Shown here: positions 29,323-39,444 of the stretch, in pieces
Layout: each line of letters opens with the position of its first letter
Position numbering within the stretch: position 1 is the first letter of the stretch
Assembly: GCA_900542465.1 (NCBI GenBank)
Contig: UQNS01000001.1
Location: forward strand, 195,100 to 259,099
Length of the DNA stretch: 64,000 nucleotides
Source of the DNA: an uncultured Eubacteriales bacterium
GTDB lineage: Bacteria > Bacillota > Clostridia > Lachnospirales > Lachnospiraceae
Direction of reading: 5' to 3'
Position numbers and translations under genes: made by a program
The notes under the pieces: generated by a model
What the model was told of the DNA's origin: nothing
Database searches by the model: none
Seen by the model: only the letters and a program-made list of their open reading frames with translations

Positions 29323-30503
29323 TGCCTAATCATAAAGAAAGAGCTCACGCCTTACTGGGCCCGTCAAGTGCTCATAGATGGCTTGAATGTACTCCAAGTG
29401 CAGTTCTTGAAGATAGTTTTCCAGACTCTCAAAGTGAAGCAGCCAAAGAAGGAACTTTAGCACACGAGATTTGTGAGATTAAAGTAAAACACTTTTTTCA
29501 CTTAGATGGAATTGATACTGAACGCAAGAAGAACTTAAGGATAAACAAGCTTAAAACTAATAATCTATACAAAAAAGAAATGGACGGATTTACGGATGAT
29601 TATCTTGAGTATATAAGGGCCATAGCCTTGGGTTGTTCATCAGCGCCGACTGTCCTTGTGGAAGCTTATCTAGATCTTGGCCAATACGTTCCTGAGTCAT
29701 TCGGAACAGTGGATTGTCTAATGTTACAGGGCAATACACTTCGTGTGATTGACTTCAAATATGGCAAGGGCGTTCCAGTGGATTCGGACAGAAACCCACA
29801 GCTAATGCTTTATGCTCTTGGGGCTTATGAGCTCTATAAGATTTTTTACAATATTCAGCTCATAGAATTGCACATCGTTCAGCCTCGCATAAGCAATACT
29901 TCATCATACAAGTTAACCATAAATGAGTTAAAAGAATTCGGAGAAAAAGTAAAAGAGATTGCCCCGATAGCGTTTAAAGGCGAAGGCGAATTTAAACCAT
30001 CAGAGGAGGCTTGCAAGTTTTGCAGGGCAAGAAACCAGTGCAGGGCTAGGGCTATGGATAATCTAAAGCTTTTTCCAGACATTGGAAAGAAACCACCACT
30101 TATTACAAATGAAGAGGTTGGAGAGTTCCTTAAACAAGGGGCGGATGTGGCCAATTGGCTTAAGGATTTGCAAGACTTTGCATTATCAGAGTGCTTGGCT
30201 GGTAAAGATGTACCAGGATGGAAAGCTGTGGCTGGACGAGGTTCAAGAGATTGGACAGATCAAGAAAAAGCTTTTGAAAAGCTAAAGGCTAATGGCATAG
30301 ATGAGGCCCTTTTGTATGAAAGAAAAGCGCTTACTCTTGCCCAGGTTGAAAAGACAATCGGGAAATCAAGCTTTGAAAGCCTGGTAGGTGGCATGGTCAT
30401 AAAGCACCAGGGCAAACCAACACTAGTAGTAGAAACAGACAAGAGAGAAGTTTATAACAACGTAGATGAAAATTTAAAACTGTTAGGTATTAAAGGAGAT
30501 TAA
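29322..30503 (+). CDS. PD-(D/E)XK nuclease, DUF2800 family (Cas4-like Cys cluster)
   Basis: N-terminus LLGPSSAHRWLECTPS. C-terminal CKFCRARNQC. Confidence 0.75.
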   Translation: MPNHKERAHALLGPSSAHRWLECTPSAVLEDSFPDSQSEAAKEGTLAHEICEIKVKHFFHLDGIDTERKKNLRINKLKTNNLYKKEMDGFTDDYLEYIRAIALGCSSAPTVLVEAYLDLGQYVPESFGTVDCLMLQGNTLRVIDFKYGKGVPVDSDRNPQLMLYALGAYELYKIFYNIQLIELHIVQPRISNTSSYKLTINELKEFGEKVKEIAPIAFKGEGEFKPSEEACKFCRARNQCRARAMDNLKLFPDIGKKPPLITNEEVGEFLKQGADVANWLKDLQDFALSECLAGKDVPGWKAVAGRGSRDWTDQEKAFEKLKANGIDEALLYERKALTLAQVEKTIGKSSFESLVGGMVIKHQGKPTLVVETDKREVYNNVDENLKLLGIKGD

Positions 30504-30508
30504 AAAGA

Positions 30509-31132
30509 ATGATTGACGAAATTAAAGTAGCAACTGGAGAAGTTAGATTATCATATGCACATTTGTTTAAACCATATTCATTTGTTCCAGGGGAAGAGGG
30601 CAGATATTCAGTTACATGCCTTTTACCAAAAACAGACACAGTTACAAAAGTTGCTATTGATAATGCTATTAACCAGGCAAAACAATTGGGCGCAAGTAGT
30701 GCATGGAAAGGAGCCGTACCTCCAGTTATTTTAACACCAGTGCATGATGGTGATGGATTGAAGTCTGATGGTAATCCTTATGGTCCTGAGTGCAAAGGGC
30801 ATTGGGTATTTAGTGCAACGTCTAAATTCCCAGTTTTAGTTGTAGATAGTAATGGAACGCCATTAGCAGAAACTGATGTTTACAGTGGTTGCTATGGAAG
30901 AGTGGTAATTAAGTTAAAGCCATATTCTGCACCAGGTAAAAAAGGAATTGGCTTTTATCTAACAGTTGTATCTAAGACTAGAGACGGAGAGCCTTTAGGT
31001 GGAAATAACTACAATGCGGATCTAGAGGCATTAGGAATTCAAACAGCGACCGCACAAACGACAAGTCCACAGCAGGCAGTAGCTGCGCCACAGACAGGAG
31101 TTAACCCAATAACAGGTTTACCTTTTAATTAA
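30509..31132 (+). CDS. DUF2815 family phage protein (ssDNA-binding-like)
   Basis: N-terminus VRLSYAHLFKPYSF. Conserved partner of DUF2800 and PolA. Confidence 0.7.
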   Translation: MIDEIKVATGEVRLSYAHLFKPYSFVPGEEGRYSVTCLLPKTDTVTKVAIDNAINQAKQLGASSAWKGAVPPVILTPVHDGDGLKSDGNPYGPECKGHWVFSATSKFPVLVVDSNGTPLAETDVYSGCYGRVVIKLKPYSAPGKKGIGFYLTVVSKTRDGEPLGGNNYNADLEALGIQTATAQTTSPQQAVAAPQTGVNPITGLPFN

Positions 31133-31145
31133 ACAGGAGGTTTAA

Positions 31146-33116
31146 ATGCACCATTTAAGTATTGATATAGAGACAAGGTCGAGTGTTGATCTTATGAAAG
31201 CAGGGGCTTTCAAATATGCAGAATCTCAAGACTTTCAAATACTTCTCCTAGCATACAAGCTGGACGGTGCGCCTACTCAGATAATCGATTTAGCAAGCGG
31301 CGAAAAGGTCCCTGAATGGCTTATCGCCGCTTTATCTGACGGCTATTATATGAAGCACGCCTACAATGCCACTTTTGAGTGGATTTGTTTGAATCGTGCA
31401 GGGTTTAAAACACCACTTCAACAGTGGCAATGCACTATGATTCATGGCCTTTATTTAGGTTATCCGGCTGGTCTTAGTTCTATAGGTTTGGCGATTGGTC
31501 TTGATGAGGATAAGCAAAAACTGGCAACAGGTAAAGCACTTATACGGTACTTCTGTAATCCGTGTAAGCCAACTAAGGCTAATGGCGGTCGTACTTGGAA
31601 TAATCCAAGTCATGACCCTGATAAGTGGGAATTATTCAAAGTCTATTGTATTCGAGATGTTGACTCAGAAGACGCAATAAGACTTAAGCTTGAATCTTTT
31701 GAAGTACCAGAAGCTGAGTGGGGTCTGTGGCGGTCTGATGCGATGATGAACCTCTTTGGGGCAAGGCTTGATATAGATCTGATCAAGGGGGCTATCTCAA
31801 TCGATGAGCAGTCTACTTATAAGCTTACTGAAGAAGCAAGAAGCTTAACAGGACTGGATAACCCTAACAGTGCGATGCAGTTGGCCAAATGGTTATCAAG
31901 CAAAGGTATAGAAGTTCCTAATCTTCAGAAAGCGACAGTTGAGGACTTACTTAATGGAGAATTGCCAGACGATGTAAGGCGAGTATTAGAGATTAGACAA
32001 CAGCTGGGAAAGACAAGCGTAACTAAGTATGCAGCCATGGTTGAAACAATTGGAGAAGGCAATCGTGTAAGAGGCCTTATGCAGTTTTACGGAGCTAATA
32101 AAACAGGCCGATGGGCAGGAAGATTAGTTCAGATTCAGAATTTGCCAAGGAATTACATTAGTACTCTAGACAGTGCAAGAAAACTTATAAAACTGGGCCG
32201 TGCTGACTCTTTAAAGATTATTTATGGGAATGTTCCAGACACACTTAGTCAGCTCATAAGGACGGCTTTTATACCTAGTGATGGTCGTAAGTTTGTTGTA
32301 GCAGACTTCTCTGCAATTGAGGCAAGAGTTATTGCATGGCTTGCCGGAGAAGAGTGGGTAAATGAAGTTTTTGCCACACATGGAAAGATCTATGAGGCTA
32401 CAGCAAGCCAGATGTTCCATGTGCCTTTAGAACTTATAAAAAAGGGCAATCCGGAGTACGCCTTAAGACAAAAAGGAAAAGTGGCCACGTTGGCACTAGG
32501 CTATCAAGGTGGTGTTAATGCTCTTATCGCAATGGGAGCTTTACGAATGGGATTATCTGAAGATGAATTACCAGAGATAGTGGAAAGATGGAGAGCTGCA
32601 AACCCAAATATTAAGGCTCTTTGGTATGCGGTCGAAAAGGCGGCCGTTAAAGTAGTAGAAACAGGCCAGCCACAAATAGTAAAAGGATTAGTTCTTAGAG
32701 TAGAAGCTGATTTGAAAACCAGCCAATCGTTTTTAACGATAGAGCTACCGAGTGGACGAAAGCTTTATTATGTAAAGCCTTTTCTTGAAATTAACCAGTT
32801 TGACAAGCTGGCGGTTAGTTTTTATTCAAATGACCAAACAACAAAGAAGTGGCGTAAAGAAAGCACTTACGGGGGCAAGCTGGTTGAGAACATTGTGCAA
32901 GCGATTGCTAGGGACTGCCTCGCTGTAACACTGAAGCGCATTTGGTCTAAGGGGCTCGATATTGTTTTCCATGTGCATGATGAGGTCGTTATCGATGCAC
33001 CTTTTGACTACACAGTAGAACAGGCTTGTGAATTGATGGCACAGCCGATTAACTGGGCACCAGGTCTAGTGCTTAAGGGTGCCGGGTTTGAAAGTGATTA
33101 TTACATGAAGGATTAA
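31146..33116 (+). CDS. family-A DNA polymerase (phage-type, with 3'-5' exonuclease-like N-terminus, no 5' nuclease)
   Basis: PolA motif B (RQKGKVATLALGYQGG) and motif C (HVHDEVVID). Confidence 0.85.
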   Translation: MHHLSIDIETRSSVDLMKAGAFKYAESQDFQILLLAYKLDGAPTQIIDLASGEKVPEWLIAALSDGYYMKHAYNATFEWICLNRAGFKTPLQQWQCTMIHGLYLGYPAGLSSIGLAIGLDEDKQKLATGKALIRYFCNPCKPTKANGGRTWNNPSHDPDKWELFKVYCIRDVDSEDAIRLKLESFEVPEAEWGLWRSDAMMNLFGARLDIDLIKGAISIDEQSTYKLTEEARSLTGLDNPNSAMQLAKWLSSKGIEVPNLQKATVEDLLNGELPDDVRRVLEIRQQLGKTSVTKYAAMVETIGEGNRVRGLMQFYGANKTGRWAGRLVQIQNLPRNYISTLDSARKLIKLGRADSLKIIYGNVPDTLSQLIRTAFIPSDGRKFVVADFSAIEARVIAWLAGEEWVNEVFATHGKIYEATASQMFHVPLELIKKGNPEYALRQKGKVATLALGYQGGVNALIAMGALRMGLSEDELPEIVERWRAANPNIKALWYAVEKAAVKVVETGQPQIVKGLVLRVEADLKTSQSFLTIELPSGRKLYYVKPFLEINQFDKLAVSFYSNDQTTKKWRKESTYGGKLVENIVQAIARDCLAVTLKRIWSKGLDIVFHVHDEVVIDAPFDYTVEQACELMAQPINWAPGLVLKGAGFESDYYMKD

Positions 33117-33119
33117 AAT

Positions 33120-35534
33120 ATGGACAATAACAGACAACTAAATATCAGTGTGGGATCCTCACGCAAGTCTACACAGTGGAAGTCTGTAGGTATCAGTTGG
33201 GCAGAGTTTGTAGATAAGCTTAAGACCCCGATCCGGGGCACTGAGACCCTGGCTGAATATATGGCTATGAAAAAGCCACAACAGGACGAATTGAAGGATG
33301 TTGGCGGCTTTGTCGGGGGTTCGCTTTTAGGCGAAAGAAGAAAAGCTAATGCCGTTATAGGGCGCGACCTGGTCACTCTGGATCTGGATAGTATTCCAGA
33401 AGGCCAGACCCTTAACATTCTTAAAAGAGTGGACGGGCTTGGGTGTGCTGCACTGGTTTATTCGACAAGGAAACATGCGGAATACGCCCCTCGACTTAGA
33501 GTAGTTATACCGTTAGACAGAACAGTTACGGCTGATGAGTACGAACCGATCGCAAGGAAACTTGGTTACATGATAGGTATAAGCTTTTGCGACCCTACCA
33601 CATTTGAGGCGGTCAGACTTATGTACTGGGCTTCGTGTTGTGCAGACTCAACTTATATATATGAAGTCTATGACAAACCTTTCTGCTCGGCAGATGGGAT
33701 CCTAAAAACTTACAACAACTGGACTGATGTGACAGAGTGGCCAGTTGTGCCCGGAGCTGATGCGATTGAAAGAAGACGTCTTGCGAAGGCTGAAAACCCA
33801 CTCGAGAAGAAAGGTCTTATAGGTGCTTTTTGCCGAGAATATGACATATTCCAGGCTATTGAGAAGTTTATACCCGGTATGTACGAACCAACGGCCATTG
33901 ATAATCGCTTAACCTTCGTAGGAGGTTCTACTACAGGCGGTGCGATTGTTTATGACGCCGGCAAGTTCCTATATTCCCACCACGCAACAGACCCATGCAG
34001 TGGTTTACTCGTTAACTCTTTTGATCTGATAAGGCTGCATAAATTTGGGCATCTAGATGATGAAGCGCCGGATAATGCAAAGGGGGCGGGGCTTCCATCT
34101 TTTGTAGAAATGAAGAAGTTTGTACTTGAAGATGAAGTAATAAGCCAAAAGATTGCTAAAGAAAGAATTGATAAGGCCATGGAAGCTTTTGCAGTAAGCG
34201 GCCAACCACAAACCGAAGAAGACACAGAATGGACGGACAAACTAGCCAGATCAGACTCCGGGGCTTTTAAAAAGACCATTAATAACATAGTCGTAATACT
34301 CCAGAACGATACAAGACTTAAGGGCAAGATTGTAACCGATATATTTGCTTGTCGTGGCTTAGTTATGGGAACTCTTCCTTGGAATTCTGAATCTGATGTA
34401 AGGCCTTGGGAAGATTCAGACATAAGCGGTATTAACTGGTACTTGGAAACATTCTACGATATCACAGGAAGAGACAAAATAACTGATGCTATCAATATTG
34501 TAGCCGGTCAGAATGCAATTAATGAAGTTAAGGATTATCTGATAGCTGAAGAATGGGATGGCGTGAAGAGGCTTGATACTTTGCTTATTGATTACCTTGG
34601 TGCTGAAGATAATCCATACACCAGGGCAGTTATGCGAAAGACACTTGTTGCAGCTGTAGCAAGGGCGATCATCGGAGGAGTTAAGTTTGACACCATGCCA
34701 ATCCTTACAGGGCCTCAGGGCATTGGTAAATCAACCTTTTTATCACTATTAGGAAATAAGTGGTTTACAGATAGTTTAACCACTTTTGAAGGAAAGGACG
34801 CAGCTGAAATAATTCAGGGTTCTTTGATAGTCGAGGTTGGAGAATTAACTGCTATGAGTAAGCAAGAGTCCAACAGCGTTAAGCAGTTCTTAAGCAAATG
34901 CGATGATAAGTATAGGGCAGCTTACGGAAGAACCACAAGCGTTTATCCAAGGCGTTGCGTCTTTATTGGTACGTCAAATGACGAGGAATTCTTAAAAGAT
35001 ACTACGGGCAACAGACGTTTTTGGCCAGTGGATGTTGGAGTTAATCCGGCTACTAAAAATGTTTTTAAAGATCTTCCAGGTGAAGTACATCAGATCTGGG
35101 CTGAAGCGTATGCAGCTTGGCAGATGGGGGAAGAGTTATTCATATCAGGTGAGGTTTTAGATCTTGCTATGAAGAGTCAGGATGATCATAGAGAAAGGTC
35201 TGACAAAGAAGGATATATTGAAGAATTCTTAAAGATGAAGATACCTTATAACTGGTATTCACTACCTCTGCAGTCTCAAAGGATGATCTATCAAGGACTG
35301 TGTAATGTTTCAGAGGATGAACTAGTGGAAAGAGACAGAGTTTGTGCGACTGAAATACTGCAAGTTTGTTTCAATATGGATCCCGGAAGAATTCAAAGAC
35401 GTGATAGCGTTGAGATAAACGGAATACTTAAGGCAATTAAGGATTGGAAACCGTCAAAAACGCCTTATAAGTACGGTTTTTTTGGTAGTCAGAGAGGATT
35501 TACAAAGGCTACTACAAACTGTACTACAAAGTAG
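33120..35534 (+). CDS. VirE-like primase/helicase (primase-polymerase N-terminus plus P-loop NTPase)
   Basis: Walker A (LTGPQGIGKST). VirE-family C-terminal region. Confidence 0.75.
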   Translation: MDNNRQLNISVGSSRKSTQWKSVGISWAEFVDKLKTPIRGTETLAEYMAMKKPQQDELKDVGGFVGGSLLGERRKANAVIGRDLVTLDLDSIPEGQTLNILKRVDGLGCAALVYSTRKHAEYAPRLRVVIPLDRTVTADEYEPIARKLGYMIGISFCDPTTFEAVRLMYWASCCADSTYIYEVYDKPFCSADGILKTYNNWTDVTEWPVVPGADAIERRRLAKAENPLEKKGLIGAFCREYDIFQAIEKFIPGMYEPTAIDNRLTFVGGSTTGGAIVYDAGKFLYSHHATDPCSGLLVNSFDLIRLHKFGHLDDEAPDNAKGAGLPSFVEMKKFVLEDEVISQKIAKERIDKAMEAFAVSGQPQTEEDTEWTDKLARSDSGAFKKTINNIVVILQNDTRLKGKIVTDIFACRGLVMGTLPWNSESDVRPWEDSDISGINWYLETFYDITGRDKITDAINIVAGQNAINEVKDYLIAEEWDGVKRLDTLLIDYLGAEDNPYTRAVMRKTLVAAVARAIIGGVKFDTMPILTGPQGIGKSTFLSLLGNKWFTDSLTTFEGKDAAEIIQGSLIVEVGELTAMSKQESNSVKQFLSKCDDKYRAAYGRTTSVYPRRCVFIGTSNDEEFLKDTTGNRRFWPVDVGVNPATKNVFKDLPGEVHQIWAEAYAAWQMGEELFISGEVLDLAMKSQDDHRERSDKEGYIEEFLKMKIPYNWYSLPLQSQRMIYQGLCNVSEDELVERDRVCATEILQVCFNMDPGRIQRRDSVEINGILKAIKDWKPSKTPYKYGFFGSQRGFTKATTNCTTK

Positions 35535-35762
35535 GATTTTTCACTACATTCTACTACATTCAATTACTACAACAACTACATTTAACTACAAAGAATGTAG
35601 TTGTATAAAAAGTAGATAGTTACTGACTTAATAAGGATTTACTACATTTACTACATAGATTTATACATTTTATAAAAGTACATAAGAAACGTATACATAC
35701 GTATAAATATACCTACGTTTTTTACGTATTTGCGCGTACACGTACGCGCGCGAGAAAGTTTG
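35500..35762. repeat. iteron-like ACTACA repeats plus AT-rich tract and GC-rich palindrome (candidate phage origin)
   Basis: At least 10 copies of (t)actaca in both orientations. GCGCGTAC-AC-GTACGCGC palindrome at about 35735-35752. Confidence 0.5.
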
Positions 35763-35791
35763 TTACCAAGAGAAAGTAAGGAGGATTGAGA

Positions 35792-36127
35792 ATGAAGATT
35801 TTACCTGAAAGCACAATAGAGAAAATACTTGTTGATGAAGTAAGAAAAGCCGGAGGTAAAGCATATAAGTGGGTGAGCCCTGGGAATATAGGAGTGCCAG
35901 ACAGGATAGTTATTTGGCCATGTGGATTTATAAGCTTTATAGAACTTAAAAAACACGGAGAAAAAACCACGAAGATCCAGGATAAACAGATAGAGACACT
36001 AAGAGGTTTTGATATGGACGTAAGAGTCGTGATAGGACTGCAGGGTTTAGCAGATTATTTCTCACGTGAATGTCAATGGGATGCAGTGGAAAGAATTGAA
36101 CAGAGATTAGACAGAGGAGAAAGGTAA
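35792..36127 (+). CDS. VRR-NUC domain nuclease
   Basis: RBS AAGGAGG. PD-(D/E)XK-like GVPDRIVIWP..IELKK. Confidence 0.7.
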   Translation: MKILPESTIEKILVDEVRKAGGKAYKWVSPGNIGVPDRIVIWPCGFISFIELKKHGEKTTKIQDKQIETLRGFDMDVRVVIGLQGLADYFSRECQWDAVERIEQRLDRGER

Positions 36128-36142
36128 AGGAGGTGATGCCTA

Positions 36143-37535
36143 ATGCAGTTCAAAGCACATGATTATCAGCAAAAAGCTATTGATTATATTATAAATAATC
36201 CTAAGTGTGGTTTGTTCTTGGATTAGCTAAGTCATGGGACTTGGCAAGACGATCAGTACATTGACCGCCATAAAAGAACTTAAGTACTACAGGTTTCAAG
36301 TAAGCAAAGTGCTTGTAATAGCACCTAAGAAGGTCGCAGAGTCTACCTGGGATAAAGAGATCGAAAAATGGGAACACACCAAAGGGCTTAAGGTTTCTAA
36401 AATACTTGGCACAGTCAAGCAAAGGCTTAAGGCCCTTTATACTCCAGCTGACATCTACATAATCAACCGGGACAATGTTACATGGCTTGTTGATCTAGTC
36501 CGTAATGCCTGGCCGTTTGACATGGTTATCGTTGATGAGTCCAGTTCTTTTAAGTCTCACAAAGCTAAAAGATTTAAGTCCTTAGTAGCTGTGAGCAATC
36601 ATATAAAACGCCTAGTGCTTCTTACCGGTACACCTTCACCGAATGGAATCAACGACCTTTGGAGCCAGATATATCTAATCGACCAGGGCGAAAGGCTGGG
36701 AAGTAAATACACACACTTCCGGGACAGATATTTCAATCCTGATAAGCGTGGACCGGCTGGCCAGATATTTAGTTATGAGGCAAAGGACGGAGCGAGCAAG
36801 GCGGTTTTAGACAAAATATCTGACGTATGTATCAGCATGGAGGCTAAGGATTATTTGAACCTTCCGGATAAAATTTACAACTACATATCGGTTCCGTTGG
36901 ATACAAAAGCCCGAAAATCTTATAACGAATTGGAACGTGAGTTGGTTTTACAGCTGCCTTCAGACGAGGATCTGACCGTTACAAGTGCAGCCGCTTTATC
37001 CAACAAGTTATTACAGTTGGCCAACGGTGCTATATACGATGAAAACCATGTATACCATGAGATACACGACTGTAAGCTTGAGAGGTTGCAGGAGCTGATT
37101 GAAGGATTAAATGGTGAACATGCTTTAGTGTTTTATAACTTTAGGCACGATAAAGACCGAATTATAGCCCTTTTAAGAGACAAGATGAAACTTAGAGTAT
37201 CCGAATTAACTTCCACAGTAGATGTAGACGAATGGAACGCCGGCAAGACGGATATTTTACTTACTCATCCTGCAAGTTCTGCATACGGCTTAAATTTGCA
37301 GTCAGGAGGGCGTCACATAATTTGGTTTGGTCTTACTTGGAATCTGGAATTATACCAGCAAGCTAATGCAAGACTCCACAGACAGGGCCAGACGGAAAAG
37401 GTTTTTATACATCACTTAGTTTGTGAAGATACCCGTGATGAAGATGTTATGAAAGCCCTGGAGAAGAAAGATGCAACACAGCAGTTTGTAATTGATAGCC
37501 TTAAGGCAAGAATAGAGAGGATAAGGAATGAATAG
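36143..37535 (+). pseudogene. SNF2-family helicase with disrupted N-terminus (stop/frameshift at 36224-36233); may still be expressed from internal ATG 36234
   Basis: RBS AAGGAGGTG precedes 36143. That 27-aa ORF (MQFKAHDYQQKAIDYIINNPKCGLFLD*) is not in the frame of MGLGKT... motif I onward (36234..37535). DEAH-box (VIVDESS) and helicase C domains are intact. Confidence 0.6.
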
Positions 37536-37809
37536 AGAAGAGATACTAGACACGGCAAAAAAGATTACCTCCGGGGACCGGAACAGAACTTATGGAAAGC
37601 CGGAAGATAACTTTTCACGGATCGCAGACCTTTGGAGTACATACCTGCAGGAAGAGATAACACCGTTTCAGGTTGGAATGATGATGATTTTACTTAAAGT
37701 AGCAAGGACGGAAACTGGAGCGGGCAGCATGGATAACTATGTAGATATCGCCGGTTATGCTGCGTGTGCAGGGGAGATATACAGCAAAATGTGGGAGGAT
37801 GGAGAATGA
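37528..37809 (+). CDS. conserved phage hypothetical protein
   Basis: ORF with overlapping stop/start coupling. Confidence 0.55.
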   Translation: MNREEILDTAKKITSGDRNRTYGKPEDNFSRIADLWSTYLQEEITPFQVGMMMILLKVARTETGAGSMDNYVDIAGYAACAGEIYSKMWEDGE

Positions 37810-38045
37810 AAAATACATTAACAGATTTAAATAATTATCTTTTTGAAAGCCTGGAAAGAATTAATGATGACAGTTTAAGCAATGAAGAGCTTGATAAAGA
37901 AATAAAGCGAAGTGAGGCAGTTCAAAAGGTAGCCAAAACTATTATTGAGAATGGACATCTTGCATTGCAGAGTAAAAAGCATTTGGATGAGTATGGAAAA
38001 GGTGAAAATGTTGAACTACCAATGCTAGGAATGGTTGATAAGTGA
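37807..38045 (+). CDS. hypothetical protein
   Basis: ATG after GGAGGATGGAG. Confidence 0.5.
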
Positions 38046-38121
38046 ACTAAAAAAGAAAATACAGACTTGAAAGAAACTGTCATGAATCTTAGAAAAAGAA
38101 TTTTAAAACTGGAGGAATGGG

Positions 38122-38718
38122 ATGATTAAACATACTGAAGAACAGCATAAGTTCTTAAGGGAATTCATTCCTGGACACACTTATAAAGAGATTATTGAAG
38201 CGTTCTTTGATAGATTCGGAATTGAAAGGACGAGCGCCCAAATCAAAAGTTATATCGGTAATCACAAGCTAAGCACAGGCCTAACAGGCAGGTTTGAAAA
38301 AGGACATATACCAGCGAATAAAGGCAAGAAAGGTTACTGCTCTCCAGGTTGTGAAAAGACCTGGTTTAAAAAGGGACATATTCCGAAAAATTATAGACCA
38401 GTAGGATCTGAACGAGTAACCCAGGATGGATATGTTGAAATCAAGGTATCAGATCCAAATGAATGGGAGCTTAAGCATAGAGTTGTCTGGGAAGAGGCAA
38501 ACGGGCCAATAAACAAGGATGAGTGCTTGCTGTTTAGAGATAATAATCGCCAGAATTGCTGTATCGATAATTTGATCCTTGTTAAGAGATATGAGCAGGT
38601 GAGGATGAATCAGGACGGACTGTTCCGCTTTGTGGGAGAAGAAAAGGATGTCGCTGTAAATATCGCAAGACTAAAGAGCTTGACGCGCAGAAGGCGGAGG
38701 AATAAAGGAGGTGTTTGA
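38122..38718 (+). CDS. HNH endonuclease
   Basis: HNH motifs (HIPANKGK...HRVVWEEANGPI...NLILV). Confidence 0.75.
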   Translation: MIKHTEEQHKFLREFIPGHTYKEIIEAFFDRFGIERTSAQIKSYIGNHKLSTGLTGRFEKGHIPANKGKKGYCSPGCEKTWFKKGHIPKNYRPVGSERVTQDGYVEIKVSDPNEWELKHRVVWEEANGPINKDECLLFRDNNRQNCCIDNLILVKRYEQVRMNQDGLFRFVGEEKDVAVNIARLKSLTRRRRRNKGGV

Positions 38719-39143
38719 TGGGCACAGCTGAGGAATACTTAAAATCGATAAAAAGATTAGACAGCTTTATCCTAGTCTATGACAGAGAGTTGAAAGCCAT
38801 GGAAGAACTGGCTATGAGTGCCGCTGTCGGAGAACTGCAAGAGGATAAGGTCCAGACCAGCATCAATCTACATAAAAAAGAGGATGAGGTGGTCAATATA
38901 ATTGATTACCAGGACCGGATAAGTAAGACACTATCAGAATATGTAAAAAGAAGACATGACCTAATGAAGCTGCTTGATAAACTTGAAGACCCAAAGCACA
39001 GAGTTATCTTGTATGAAAAGTACATACTTCACAATTCGTGGTACAATATTGCTGATAGTTTGAACTATTCAATATCACATGTGAAAAGGATGCGTACAAA
39101 GGCTGTTGAGGAGTTGCAGAAGATCATGGATCAAGAAAAATAA
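38718..39143 (+). CDS. ArpU/RinA-like late transcriptional activator (sigma region-4-like HTH)
   Basis: RVILYEKYILHNSWYNIADSLNYSISHVKRMRTKAVEEL. Positioned before the packaging genes. Confidence 0.6.
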   Translation: MGTAEEYLKSIKRLDSFILVYDRELKAMEELAMSAAVGELQEDKVQTSINLHKKEDEVVNIIDYQDRISKTLSEYVKRRHDLMKLLDKLEDPKHRVILYEKYILHNSWYNIADSLNYSISHVKRMRTKAVEELQKIMDQEK

Positions 39144-39145
39144 AT

Positions 39146-39178
39146 AAAGGTGGGGCTTGAGCCCCACCTTTTTACTTG
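39146..39178. terminator. bidirectional terminator
   Basis: ggtggggct(tga)gccccacc flanked by a- and t-runs. Confidence 0.7.
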
Positions 39179-39444
39179 TCATAAATTTCTTTTCTGTGTC
39201 CTATCGTCAGTGCAAGGATTAGAAGTTCGTTGTCGATAATCTCGCATATCAACCTATAGTCCCCTATGCGGTATCTCCATTGCCCTTTTCTGTTTGCTGT
39301 CAAAGCCTTGCCTTGAGATCTTGGGTCTTCGGTGTCATAAAGATTTTTGGTTATCCAGGCACGAATCATCTTTTGAGTGAATTTATCCAGCTTTCTAAAT
39401 TCTTTTTTAAATCTTTCAGATAACTCAATGTTATACTTCTTCAT
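39172..39444 (-). CDS. RelE/ParE-family type II toxin
   Basis: Characteristic C-terminus (GQWRYRIGDYRLICEI). Confidence 0.7.
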   Translation of the reverse strand: MKKYNIELSERFKKEFRKLDKFTQKMIRAWITKNLYDTEDPRSQGKALTANRKGQWRYRIGDYRLICEIIDNELLILALTIGHRKEIYDK

